Source: Mantamonas sphyraenae STR306
Taxonomy: Eukaryota; Protista; CRuMs
Direction: 5' to 3'
DNA: 64,000 bases
Assembly (NCBI GenBank): GCA_026936335.1
Contig: JAPMXV010000053.1
Location: forward strand, 378,058-442,057
Positions 24,851 through 36,885 of this stretch are shown piece by piece. Numbering within the stretch: the stretch's first letter is position 1; each line of letters begins with the position of its first letter. The notes under the pieces were generated by a model, which worked only from the letters and a program-made list of their open reading frames with translations, was not told the DNA's origin and did not search any database. The translations under genes and the position numbers were made by a program.

Positions 24851-26358
24851 GATCGATTGCTGCTGCCGCGGCGGCGCTTGGGCCTCGACTTTGCCACACC
24901 CTCGTCCTCGTCCTCGTCCTCTTCATCCTGCTCCTCACTCTCCTCCCTTGCCCTCTTTCCGTACTCTTCGACCCCCACAATGGCACTGGCCCCTCCCAAG
25001 TCTTCGTTGTCGTCTTCCTGCGGCGTTTCGGGCACCACCGCGACACGCCCGTCATGCTCGCCATCGTCCTCAGCAGGGATGTCTGAAGCGTCGAGCTCCT
25101 CCAACACACGCACCATGCCCTGCAAGCCCATGTGATGCGACAGGTGGTCCAGCAGCTCGTGTTTGGACACGTCCAACAGCCGAGCCAGTGCGGGGCAAGG
25201 CTGCCAGGCTCGCATCTGTGCACGCAGCTCCTGCTGCGCATCCTCCTCCTCACGCGCTGCCCAGAATTTGAATGACTTGCGTGCGGCAATAAACATTTTC
25301 AGCGATGCCTCAATACTCCCGCTCATCTGTGCCTCCAGGTCGCCCGCAAACTCGCTCCAGAAGAGCGCAAGCAGGGAGGCCAGCGCACCACTGCCCACAG
25401 CCAGCGGGTCAACCTCGCAGCCCAGCAGCACGTCCAACACCATGTCTGCGTTGGTTTCTGCAAACACGAGCACCAGTTGGCTGGCCCGCTTCAGCCTGCT
25501 GTCGTGCACTTCGAGCGCGTCACCGCCACTCGTCGCCCTGACACAAGGGTAGTGGCAGGCCAGCGTCAGCCAGAACAGAAGGATTTGCGTCACAAGCAAG
25601 CCCGACTCCGGGTGCAGCAGCTCCGCCAGCGCAGTCATGGTCACCATGCGCTCCATTTGCGCGTATATCCGACGCACAGCGGACCCTTTTGTGTTTAGGG
25701 TCAGGTCGTCCTCCTGTTGTGCCTCGATACACGCGTAGGCATGCTCACACAGCTGAGATACACAGTCCAACAGCGCCATCTGGTGTCCGGCTGTGTCCAA
25801 AGCCATGACTTGGCCCAGCGCGCAAGTGCGCTGGCACACTCCGCTCCATGCTACCGCATACGCGTCCAGATCCTCTGCTTCCTCCAACTGGTGCATCTGG
25901 CCTTGGAACCACAGCAACATTGCGTCGGGAGAGCCTTGCTCGCTTGAAAGCAGGCACGCCAGCCACTGCCGAGCGAGCTGGCCCTGAGCCTGCGTTTCCG
26001 CCTCTGCGATCTCCTGCAACAGCTCCACTGCACCCTGCTCACTCAGCATGTTGCACGCCGCCAATGATTCACTGTAGCTCGCTGTGCTCAGTGTGCTCTT
26101 GCCACCTTGCCCTTGCTGTCCTGCTCTGGAAGCGTTGTCCGTGTTGGCTTCCAGCTGCATTTCGTCGGCCCACGACGCCGCCTCTGCTTCTGTGACTGTC
26201 TCGTTGTCCATTCCTGCTGCGCTCAACGCCTGGTGAAGCACCTCTTGCCACTCGTTTGCGCTCACCTGGCTCAGCCACCCTTGTTGGCTTTGCGGCGTGT
26301 TGGCGACGACGCTCTCGCGCAGCTCCTCCAACACCTGTTCTCGTTTGCCACCGCTCAT
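24847..26358 (-). CDS. Uncharacterised alpha-helical protein (~503 aa) with an acidic tail and a basic NLS-like end (KSRPKRRR)
   Basis: Long intronless ORF with protein-like composition that fills the gap between neighbouring genes; family not recognised. Confidence 0.7.
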   Translation of the reverse strand: MSGGKREQVLEELRESVVANTPQSQQGWLSQVSANEWQEVLHQALSAAGMDNETVTEAEAASWADEMQLEANTDNASRAGQQGQGGKSTLSTASYSESLAACNMLSEQGAVELLQEIAEAETQAQGQLARQWLACLLSSEQGSPDAMLLWFQGQMHQLEEAEDLDAYAVAWSGVCQRTCALGQVMALDTAGHQMALLDCVSQLCEHAYACIEAQQEDDLTLNTKGSAVRRIYAQMERMVTMTALAELLHPESGLLVTQILLFWLTLACHYPCVRATSGGDALEVHDSRLKRASQLVLVFAETNADMVLDVLLGCEVDPLAVGSGALASLLALFWSEFAGDLEAQMSGSIEASLKMFIAARKSFKFWAAREEEDAQQELRAQMRAWQPCPALARLLDVSKHELLDHLSHHMGLQGMVRVLEELDASDIPAEDDGEHDGRVAVVPETPQEDDNEDLGGASAIVGVEEYGKRAREESEEQDEEDEDEDEGVAKSRPKRRRGSSNRS

Positions 26359-26575
26359 GCTCCTGGTTGACCTTTTCAAATGCTCACGGATTCGGTGCGC
26401 AGGGTTCGCACTGCTGGGGCTCGATGGACTGCCCCGTCACGCGCCCCCACCGCAACAAGCTTTCTCCTTTCTTGGTAGGTGTGACACTGCATACCCCCGC
26501 CCTCCCCCCCTCCCACCCCGCCAACACACACACTCACTCACACAGTTGACCTCATCTCCTTAGTGCACATCCATC

Positions 26576-29500
26576 ATGGGAGCAAACCAGTCCCGCCCTT
26601 CCGCTGACCCACAGCGCGCGTCGACGTTTGCACCTGCCGAGCCGCACCGTCGTCTGTACCAGGACGACTACACCACACGCAACAACATTGCCACCAACAG
26701 CAGTGCCGACTACCCGTTTGCGCCCGAAAAGGTGTTTGAACCCTCCAGCGTGGATGACCTTGTCGAGATTGTGAAACACTGTGCCGCGAACCAGAAGAAA
26801 GTTCGAGTGTACGGTAGTGGACACAGCTGGTCCGACCTCGCTGCCTCCACAGACTGCATGGTACGTTTCACTCTGTGTGCGACCCGTGCCCTTCCCATGG
26901 CCAGCCAAGTGCCGCCCTGCCTCGCCGGCGGGTCGAAAACAAGCTCTCGGTGTGCGCGCCCTTTTTTTGTGTCCGTTTCGCTCACCGCCCTGTGTTTGCA
27001 CTGCAGATCAACACTGTGGCGCTGAAGGAGTTTCTCGAAATCGATGTTGAGAACGAGACCATGACGGTACGTGAATGTTGACATGCCCTCGTGTCGCATG
27101 CAGTGTGCACAACGCCCCGAACGAAACCGGCTGTGTTTTCGTCGTCGTTGACTTCCCTGAAAACAAGGCACAAACGCTCAAAACGCAACCCTCGACAAGG
27201 CCCTTTCTTTCGCCGAATCTGCACCTCACACCCATCATGAACGGTCCTTCTTTCCGCTGGCACCTTGCCTAAACACACTGCGACCCCACACTCACGCAGG
27301 TCGAGGCCGGTGTCACCATCCGTGAGGCAATCAAGGAGCTCCGCAAACACGGGCTCGGTTTCCCGAATCTCGGTGGTTTTGACGGACAAACAGTCGCCGG
27401 CGCCCTCGCCACCGGCACACACGGCTCCGGTCGTAGCATCAGGTACGTCATCTCGCATATGCACCCTTGCTGCCATCTGTCTGTCGTTCCACTGCGACGG
27501 TCGTTCAGGAGTCACGTGCCGCGCCGCAAACTTGTCTGCCACTCCTTTCCTTTCCTTTCGCTCACACCACACCGTACAGCCCACTGTCTGCGTTCACACT
27601 CGAGATGACTATGGTTCTGCCCAACGGCACCATCGAGGTCTTCAGCAAGGGCCACCCGCACTGGGACGCGGTCCGTGTGCATCTGGGCCTGCTCGGCATT
27701 GTGTACAGCATCAAGGTGCAGGTGCGCAAGGACTTCAACATGGCCCTGCGCTACGAAACCGTCGAGCAGGACCAGTTCCTGGAGGAGTTTGAAGCCAAAA
27801 CCGTGGAGTCCAAGTTCTACCAGGCTCTGTGGTGGCCGTACACCACAAAGGCCACTCACACCTATCGCGATGAGGTGGAAGACCTGACATGCGGCGACAA
27901 CTGCGATCGCTGCTGCTTCGAGTGTGCTGCCAGCTGCTTTGTGCCCTGCGAGACGGACTGCCTGCGCCAGTACCCAGAGTCGACTCCTGCGCGGTTCACC
28001 TGCAGCACCTCCAGCCGCTGTGGATGCAAAGCCTGCGTCGATGTCAAGACGGCCGGCACATACGAGCAAGCGCTGCTCACCATTGCCCAGCCCATCTATG
28101 TCGAGATGGAGTATTGCATTCCGTTTGAAAACACAACGTCTGCCCTCAAATCTCTGCACAAGGTGCTCAACGAGCGTCGCAACCGGGACAACATCTTCAC
28201 CAACGGCCCCATTGGCATCCGCTTTTGCAAGAGCGAGACCGCCTTCCTCAGCCCTGCGTACAGCAGCGACCCTGAGCAGGTGTTCACGTACCTCAGCATC
28301 AATTTTCTGGGCAACATCGGCACACCGGGCCACCAGTTCATCTACCGGGACGTGGAGGCGGTCATGGAGCCCCTCAAGGGCCGTCCACATTGGGGCAAGA
28401 CATTTTTCTTGAACTTCACAAACCCGGGCGTGAGCACAAACTACCCACAACTCAAGGAATTCCTCGAGTACCGCGATCAGGTCGACCCGGACCAGCTCTT
28501 CACCAACGACTGGACCAAGCGTGTGTTCAACCTGGGCAAGGACGAGCCGTCGGTGCTGGACGTGCAAACGTTTGGCCAACGCCCGGACACAAGCAGCGAG
28601 CCCGCAGATCTCGTGGACGAGGTCATCGAGCTCCTCAAGCGCGACGAGTGCACCGCCAAGGACCTGTGGAACGCCATTGCCGCCGTCCCTGTCGCCAAGC
28701 GCTATCTCATTCTCAACAAGTTGGACAACCCGCTGCAAACCAAGATGTGGGAGATCACGCGCGACAACCCGCTCTTCCGGCCCGTGGACATGATTGCCTC
28801 GCTTGTCAAGCAGGATGTGGGCATTGTCGATATGACGCGCAAAGCGTCGTCCACGTCGGACACGCGCAAGCGAGTGTCGTCCATCTCTGGCGAACCCGTC
28901 GACCTGCCTGACTATCTGCCGGGCTCCAAGCGCGAGGACGAAGAGGAGTTTGTGCCCGAAGATGGCCAAAATGTCGATGTTGTGGAGGTCGACACTACGG
29001 GAGAAGAGGGTGAGGAGGACGAGGAAGAGCCCGAGGCCGACCTGGACGACGAGGAGGTCGAGAAGCCGCCGCCCTTGCTGAAGAGCATGTCCAGCGAGAA
29101 GCTGTTTCAGAACAAGGCTCTGTCCGAGGAACTCAACGACACATTGCTGGACAGCACCCAGGTTGCTGTCTTTGTGGGTCGCAACACTCTGGTGGGCAAC
29201 ACGCGCTTTGTGAAGCGCATGTTCATTCCCAACACGTCCAACGGCGAGGTCTACGGCTACAACGACAACAACGGCGACAAGTTTGCCAACTGGCTGACGG
29301 GCCCGGGCTACTTCCATGCCAAGGACTACCTCAGCTCGTACGCACCCGTGTTCTTCGATTACACGGAGGTGCCCCGCGAAGAGAATGTCAACGAGGAAAT
29401 GCCCACGCCTGTGGACAACCGCCACGGTCTGTTCCTCTTTGGAGGACTGCGCGACTACATGCGCATCGCTGGGCCTGACTTTTACATCGGAGAGGTTTGG

Positions 29501-29602
29501 CGTGACGGCGTGCAGGGAAACCTCTTTGCAATGACGGCGGACCCAGGGGACATCAAGTGTACCTGCGGCTGCTACTGGTGTGTGTGCTGCACAGAGTGCT
29601 AG
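26576..29602 (+). CDS. FAD-linked aldonolactone oxidase family protein (GULO/ALO-like) with an extra C-terminal domain. Exons 26576-26860, 27007-27066, 27300-27442, 27580-29602
   Basis: VYGSGHSWS (covalent-FAD His), VEAGVTI, QTVAGALATGTHGSG, HLGLLGIV, EMEYCIP, GRPHWGK, DPDQLFTN; three GTACGT..CAG introns in phase. Confidence 0.88.
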
Positions 29603-29632
29603 TGAATGGTTGGGGAACAAAATGGAAACGCT

Positions 29633-32600
29633 CTATTCCACCTGTTCATCCTCGCCGTGTCCCTGTCCCTCCCACAGCCTGCCCGCATGTTGGTTGATGT
29701 ACGACAAGTCGTCCATCGAGTAGAATTCAAACTGGTTCTCGCTGCATTGCAGGTTGAGCGAGTTGAGGAAGATGAGCAACGGGATAAAGTGGCAATCCGT
29801 CTGGCCGGTCATGTCGACAAAGTTGCTTGGGTCGTGGTCATGATTGGGTGAGAACGGCTGCAACCAAAACTTGTTGCCCGTCTTGGGGCTGACGATGGGT
29901 GCGCTGCTAAGATAGTACTCCAGCAGGTGTTTGATGTTCTCATCGTGCTGCTTGAGGATCTCGCGCGCTTCGTCCTGGTTGGCCAGCATGGCGGCGAGTT
30001 TGAACTTGAACTGGGCATCGGACGGCCCGAGCTCGTGACTCACCGCTTCCACAAACTCGGGCGTCAGACGCAGCACTCCACGCTCGATGTACTGGAGCAC
30101 CATGGGACGAGTGAGCACACGGAGGCTGAGAGCACAGAAGCGGTTCTGAAAGTCCTTGGGGAACGGGAAGCTGAGTTCTTCCAAGGCCACGTACATCTGC
30201 TCCAGCTGTTGGAAGCAGGTGAATTCAGCTTCGCCTGCAGGCGCAAACGGGTCTTCCATCATGAGGTCGACCGGCACACTGCTGCTTGTACTGCGCGTGC
30301 TGTTGCCGCCCTGTTCCATGGACGCGCCCGCGGAGGACGATCCATCGTCTTGATTGCTTGCGCCATCGTCGCCTCCCAACAGGCCCGAGAACCAGTTGGA
30401 AGCGGCTTGGACGCCCGAGGTGGAGGATGATGCCGAGGAGGATGAGCCTGAGGAGGGGGAGGCCATGCTTCCGCTGGCGTGGTCGCGACCCTGCTCGGTA
30501 CTGACGCGCACGGCAGCCTCGATGCCCGTGGCGGCGAGGATGCAGTCAAACAGTCGGTTGGACTCGAGGCTCTGAGAGTTGTAGTACTGCTGGGAGAGTC
30601 GAAGGCATTGCGGGCGACCTTCTTTGGTGAACTGGGACATGATAAACTCGCAGAGGATTTCGACAAAATCCTTGCGTGTCAAGGGGCCGGGCGTCTCTTC
30701 AGTCTCGTCCATGGACGGGGTGCTGGTCTCTTCCTCGGCCACAAAAAGCTTGGAAAAGAACTTGCGGATGCTTTGGGTTTGCTTGTTTACCAGGGATGCG
30801 CCGGAGTTGCTGTTGGAAATCATGACATCGGCAGAGGTGAGCTGGGTGGATGTGTATCGCTCAAAGGGGAAGCGGGTAAGAGCAAACTCGTCTACTTCAC
30901 CCGCGGTGGCAAAGACGGGAGTGACGTTCAGTGCGGTCATGGCGGAGTTGCCCATGCGCCTGCGCTCTCCAGAGCTCTCGTTTGCATCAAAGCAGGGCTG
31001 TGCAGTGATGGGCACGACGCGAAGGAGGTGGTCCTGCATGCCCAAGGCCTTGAGCTCCTGGAAAGTGGTGCCCAGCAGAAACTCCTTGAAGAGATCGGAG
31101 GTGGCATGCTCGGGATATTGCGAACAGACCATCATCATGATTTGGTCGACAAGTTCGGTGTCCTGCATGTGGACCATAGCAAGGTGGAGGGCACGCGTGT
31201 GCCAGGAGGCCTGGGGCTGTGCAAAGAGGTCGAGGATGGTGGTGCGGTCCAGCGTGTACTCATAAACGTCACCTGTGCGGCAGTCGAGGAGGCAGTGGCC
31301 ACGCAGATCTGGCACAGCAGAGCTGCTGAGGCGCATGGCCTGTGTGAGCTCGGGGTCAAACGGGAGCACGATGGCGGGCTGGAAGTAGGCTGGGTTCATG
31401 ATGTTTGCGAAACTGTCGTCAGCGTCCGGATTCGCATCGTCTCCTTTGGCAGACGAGGATGGGGTGGAGGATGAGGATGAGGATGAGGATGAGGATGAGG
31501 AGGAAGATGAAGAGGATGAAGAAGCAGAGGAGGCGGAAGAAGCTGATCCGGTGGAGGAGGTCATGGAGAGGGCGGCAGAAGTGGATGAAACAGACGGGCC
31601 GAGGCGGACAGGGTGATCGTTGTCGGAAGGGGAACCGTTGGAGGAGGGGGAGGGGTTGGTTTCGCTTGCGGCAGCGGCGCGTGCTTCAGCCTCAGCCTCT
31701 TCGGCGGCAGCATGCTTGGCAGCGGCAGCAGCAAGCTGACTGGGCAGTGGGGTTGCCCAAGCGCAGCCTGTGAGGACGAGGGACTCACAGGTGGCGTGGA
31801 GGGAGCCACAGTCAACGAAGCGGATGTGGTGGCCGGGAATGTACACAACGAGGAGGTCGCCGATGGAGCCGAAGAACACGTTTGTGCGACGGATGATCTG
31901 AGGGTCGTAGTTGTTCATCTGGATGGTAAACTCGATGCGGACGCGGTGGTGAAGGACAAAAAGAGTGACGATGATCTGCGGGGGTTGCTTGGCCTTGATC
32001 TGGATCTGCTGTTGACACAGGACGACCGCATTGCCGCGAAGGCGCACGAGGTTGAGGTAGAGGGCACACGACCACCGTGGAGCCAGTGTGGCTGAGGGTC
32101 GCGTGTTTTGTTGAGTCTGATCTGCAGGGGGATTTCAAACACGAGCTCGTTCTTCATGTCCTGAAAATCGACGCAGCGCACAAGGTGTTCGCTGCCTGCA
32201 TTGCCGTTGTCCTTTTGCACGCGGGGCGCTGGGATGAAGTAGAGCAGGGATCGATGGGTGTCCCAGTGCATCCACATGTACAGTTTCACGATGACTGCCT
32301 GCAGGTGTGGCTGAGCGGTGATTTTCTGTGGATGGGGGCACGTGTGAGCACGATTACCAAGGACTGACTTTGTGTGGGGAGTGGCGGTGGTTGCGTTGTC
32401 GTAGGGTCGGGTTGTGGAAGAGGGAAAGGAGGGACAACGCAGGCCATTTCACGTACCACGCCCTGGCCGTCGGAGCGGCGCTGGATGCTGATGAGATAGA
32501 GGTGGATAAACTCCTTGTCGAGAAAGAAAAGAAAGTTGTTTGTGCGGGTGCTGTCGTGATAGAGAAACTGTGAGTGGGGGCCAAGGGCGTATGGGGAGGG

Positions 32601-33407
32601 TGTGTGAGCGGTGACGTGAACGGGGGAAGTGGATTGGGTCAGGGACAGGGGAGGCCAGGACAAGGAGACAACGCAGGCAGAAGGGAGGTTGTGGTGGAAC
32701 AAAGATGGGATGACCTGCAGGATGGAGTTTGGCCAAGGGGCTGAAAGACACGGGAGAGGAGGGAGGGAGGAACGAACCTGGATGCGTTGAGACTCGCGGC
32801 TGCGGATATTGAGAGAGTAGCAGCGAGCCTGAGGCTGGATTTCGACGAGGCAGCTTTCGTAGATCTCGTCGTAGTCTCTGTTGTCGCGGTTGGAGGAGGT
32901 GCGCACCTTTGTGACGGTGGTAAAGGCGAGGAGGTTGCGCTCTTTGTTGACGGAGGCGCTGGTGCAGGTCATGGTGGACTCGTGGACGTAGAGAGGGGTT
33001 AGTTCGCGCATAGTAGGGTCGTACATGTCGATAAACGTCTTTCGAGTGCCATTCTTGTCGACCCCGTCGCGTGAGAGGAGGACGACGCCGTTGCGTTCTT
33101 GTCCGACGATCATGACGCGAAAGGGTGCCGAGCGAGACTTGGACTTGCCTGCGGAAGAGCTGGAGGGTGTGGAGACCGAACTGCCTGCGTTCTGGCCGGC
33201 TTCGGTACTGCTGGGGGATTTGAGGGCGGAGGAGACCGTGATTCCGCGGGAGGAAGAGGAAGAAGAGGAGGAGGAAGAAGAGGAGGAGGAGGAGGAGGAG
33301 GAGGTGGTGGAAGAGGAGGATTGGTTGGTGAAAAGCAGTTGCTGCTCGCGCGGAAGCAACGGAATGATGTCCTCAGCGATGCTGAGGGTGCGCGTGAATC
33401 GGAGCAT
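29633..33407 (-). CDS. GSAP: Gamma-secretase activating protein (GSAP/pigeon)-like. Exons 33407-32778, 32567-32457, 32325-29633, with a 1-nt frameshift at ~32106-32109
   Basis: IVGQERNG, SASVNKERNLLAF, LVEIQP, IQ|FLY and MWMHWD..LLYF follow in order the GSAP N-terminal motifs as I recall them (NVERNG, SCSVNSERTLLA, LVEIHP, VQFLY, VWAQWD..RLYY). Confidence 0.8.
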
Positions 33408-33597
33408 GGGAAACGAAGTGGGGATTTTGTTGGATGGTCGACCGTCACGACACAGATGTGGGGAGGGGAGGCAAAGGATGTTGGTGAACACAGGCGATGC
33501 TTGATGATGCTTGATGATGATGACGATGGGCGGGGAAGAAGCGTGGGAACGGCGACACAGAGTGCAGCGGCGCTGGGGTTTGCAGTGCGCAACTGGC

Positions 33598-34865
33598 TCA
33601 CTTGTCCTTTGCGGCGGCGGCAGCCTGGGCAGCAGCTTCGTGGAGCTTGCGTGCCTCTGAACGCCGCTTGGAGTACAGGCCCCAGATGCCGCGGAGCCAG
33701 TAGTTGTTGACAAAGATGCCAAAGGCCATGGAGAAAACCATGACCACCTTGACAGAGGTAAGGACCTCGGCAAAAATGCGCTCGCGCATCTGCCAGTAGA
33801 GGGGAAACACAAAGAGGTACTCTTGATACTGGCGTGCAGCGACCCAGACGGCCATGAGGATCCAGGACCAGACCATGAAAAAGGTCGAGTGCTGCTGCTT
33901 GCTCTTACCCAGGTACCAGTAGACGGTGTTGAAGGGGATGGTGATCTCCATGGAGATGTACACCATGAGGGCAAAGGTCATCTGTTGGGTATACTGTGCG
34001 GAAGGGCGCGCGGGGAAAATGTTGCCCAAGGGTCAGCGAGTGTTTGCAGAGGACGCGAAGGAGGCATGGGCAGAGGCAAACAGGGTGCAGGTGCGCGGAC
34101 TGGCTTGTGTACAGAGGTGTGCTGGTGGTGGGGAGACACAATGGGAACAGCGGGGCATACGGTGGACATGCGAGGGCGATTCACGCAAAAAGGTCACGGG
34201 AAGCAAAGGGGCCCATGCGGCAAAGTGCTGTAGCAAGGGCATTGCACAAGGCTGAGGGCCGGTGATGTGTGCTGGCGAAACACAGGTGTAGGGATGGACC
34301 AGGTACAGGCAGTGCGGGCGTGGGGAAGAAAGGAGAGGCGGTGCTGGGCACGTGGGAGCCTGGAACGGTGGACGGGTTTGCATGACTGGGAAAAGGGCAG
34401 CAGGTCGAGCAGAAGGGAACGTACGAGAATGAGGGCGATGCTGTAGCCAAAGGAGATGTGGTGAACGAGCATGACAAAGTTGCCGTTTCCGAAGCGGCTG
34501 GGCCAGATCAGACGCATGGTCGTGTCGAAGCTGACGCAGCCGGTGGTGACGGCAAGGCAGATGTCGGAGGCGGTGGTATGGTGGTAGATGGGGTCTGCAA
34601 TGAAGGCCGGGTCACGCAACATGAAGAGCGAATGGACGGCGGTATAGAGGGCAAAGAGGGAGGCCAAAACCTTGGTGTCCCACGTGAGCTTGTCGTTGTC
34701 GCTGAAGCCGTTGTACGACTTGAGCAGCAGAGGTGAAAGAAGGCGGCTGGCGCCGGTGACGAGGAAGCTGCCGATGTAGGAGAGCACCATCACAGTCAGC
34801 ACCATGGACTCGCGCGAGTTGGTGAGCAGAGACTCGAGGGTGGCTTCGCTGGTGATGTTTGTCAT
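33598..34865 (-). CDS. TLC (TRAM/LAG1/CLN8) domain membrane protein, TMEM56-like. Exons 34865-34425 and 33993-33598
   Basis: WDTKVLAS, MLVHH, EITIPF and N.YW motifs; multiple TM helices; GTACGT..ACAG phase-0 intron. Confidence 0.82.
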
Positions 34866-35046
34866 CTCGGGGTTGGGGTGGAGCTGCCAGCGCCTGGTGT
34901 TGGCATGAATGGTGGCGTGAAGGGGTGGGTTCATGGTGCGGGCGTTGCAGGGAAGGCAACACTGGAGTGTTTGTTTGGCACCTGGGGCTTAGGGTGACGT
35001 GATGCACGGGTGCGGGAGGAGAGGCAAGCCACCGGAAGAACACGTG

Positions 35047-36846
35047 ATGTCGTCGTCATCGTCGCGGTTGGTGGACGCGGAAGACGCAGGTGTGCAGAGA
35101 GACATTCTGCGCATCATCATGCAGTACCTTCAGTCGCAAGGGTACCAGCAGTCGATTGTGACGCTGCAAGACGAGGCTCAGCTGAAATCCCACTTTGCAG
35201 CGAGCGCGCAGACACAGACCAAGAGGCTGCGGAAGGCCATCCGCAAGGGCATGTGGAAGGATGTGGACAAGCTGCTGGGCATGAAACCGTTCCGAGACAA
35301 CAAGATGCTGCTGTACGAGGTGCACAAGCAGCAATACCTGGAGCTGATTGAATCGCGGCAGGTTCAAAAGGCCTTTCAGCACCTGAACACGCGGCTGAAG
35401 CCGCTGGAGCCGTGGGCTGACAGCAGCACAAGCAGCCGAAGCGAGTTTCAACAACTGTGCTACCTGCTCACTTGCAACTCGGTGCACGAGGTGGAGGCGT
35501 TCAAGTCTTGGGACGGAGCCTCAGGGCAATCTCGCGAACTGCTGTCGGAGCTGGTGCGCACGGTGGCTGAATTTGACTCGCTGGAACGTAGCCATGGTGA
35601 GAGCTTGCCTGTACCCAAGAACAGACTGCTCACGCTACTGGAGCAGGCAGTGCAGCAGCAGGTAGCCCAGCTGCCGAAGCGACCTCCGTTTACACCGCAC
35701 GTGCGCACGCTGCTGAAAGACTACTCGGTGGCGGTGCTGCCCACCACGGAGCGGCATGTGTACACGGGCCATCGCGGCAACGTCAAGTGCGTGACGTGGG
35801 TGGGTGAAGCTGGGCGCTATCTGGCCAGCGGAGGCTCGGACAACACCGTGCGGCTGTGGGACAGCGACTCGCCCGAGTGCTTGAGCATACTAAGCGACTT
35901 TGAAGCGCGCATCTGGGACGTTTCCAGCAGCGCGTCGGGGACACTGCTGTCTGTGGCGTGTGGAGACGGACAGATCAGCGTGTGGGATCTAGGCGGCTGG
36001 CCCGAGGAGGAGTCCAGCAGCAGTGTATCGGGCAGCTACATGGGTGCGGCAGAGAGTCTGTCCCGCTTGGGCTCGTGGTACAAACGGCGTCGCCACGAGG
36101 AGGGCCTGGAAGGCAGTGTGGAGGATCCTTTGCAGGTTGCCAGCATGCGCCTCCATCAAGGCGCAGCGTACACAACGCACTTCCATCCGCACGAATCCCA
36201 CGTGATCAGCGGAGGCTACGACGCGTCGGTGCGCTTGTACGACGTGCGCACGGGCGAGCAGGTGAAGCGGTTTGCCGAACACGAGGCTTCTGTCACCTCG
36301 GTGCGGTTCAGTCCGCACGGCCACATGCTCGTCAGCGGCTCCAAGGACTCGCACATCAAGTTTTGGGACGTGCTGAGCGGCACATGCGTCAAGACACTGT
36401 CAGGACATCTGTGGGAGGTGTCGTCGGTGTGCTTCAACGCAGCCGGCACGCAGCTGCTGAGTGCGTCCAAGGACAACAGTGTGCGCCTGTGGGATCTGCG
36501 CATGGACTCGGCACACACCACGTTCAAGGGCCATCACAACACCAGCAAGAACCTGATCCGGGCGAGCTTTGGAGCCGAGGAAGAGGTGGTGCTCACAGGT
36601 TCGGAGGATGGCACCGTGTACGTGTACGAGACGCAGAGCGGGAATCTGGTGGACGAGCTGGAGGCGCACGACGGGGTCATTTTTGAGGCACAGTGGAACG
36701 CCCAGAAGCAGTTGCTGGTGAGCTGCTCGGAGGACGGCACACTGCGCACTTGGAACGCGGGTGAGGACGACAGCAGTTTGGGAGACGAACCCTTGGACAC
36801 AAACGGCGTGGTGGAGCAGCATGAGAGTGTTCAGGTGGAGAGGTGA
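35047..36846 (+). CDS. LisH-CTLH-WD40 repeat protein (SMU1/WDR26-like architecture)
   Basis: LisH (ILRIIMQYLQSQGYQQSIVTLQDEA), CTLH (LRKAIRKGMW..KQQYLELIE), VPKNRLLTLLEQA and about seven GH..WD repeats. Confidence 0.88.
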   Translation: MSSSSSRLVDAEDAGVQRDILRIIMQYLQSQGYQQSIVTLQDEAQLKSHFAASAQTQTKRLRKAIRKGMWKDVDKLLGMKPFRDNKMLLYEVHKQQYLELIESRQVQKAFQHLNTRLKPLEPWADSSTSSRSEFQQLCYLLTCNSVHEVEAFKSWDGASGQSRELLSELVRTVAEFDSLERSHGESLPVPKNRLLTLLEQAVQQQVAQLPKRPPFTPHVRTLLKDYSVAVLPTTERHVYTGHRGNVKCVTWVGEAGRYLASGGSDNTVRLWDSDSPECLSILSDFEARIWDVSSSASGTLLSVACGDGQISVWDLGGWPEEESSSSVSGSYMGAAESLSRLGSWYKRRRHEEGLEGSVEDPLQVASMRLHQGAAYTTHFHPHESHVISGGYDASVRLYDVRTGEQVKRFAEHEASVTSVRFSPHGHMLVSGSKDSHIKFWDVLSGTCVKTLSGHLWEVSSVCFNAAGTQLLSASKDNSVRLWDLRMDSAHTTFKGHHNTSKNLIRASFGAEEEVVLTGSEDGTVYVYETQSGNLVDELEAHDGVIFEAQWNAQKQLLVSCSEDGTLRTWNAGEDDSSLGDEPLDTNGVVEQHESVQVER

Positions 36847-36885
36847 GCGAGTGCGCGCTGACGGCCACAGCAAAAAGTTCCTGAC

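Noticed and set aside
36843-36870. 28-nt GTGAGC..CACAG mini-intron extending the WD40 protein to an ATGA overlap with the CCCH gene
   Set aside because: Far shorter than any supported intron here (>=83 nt); needs RNA evidence.
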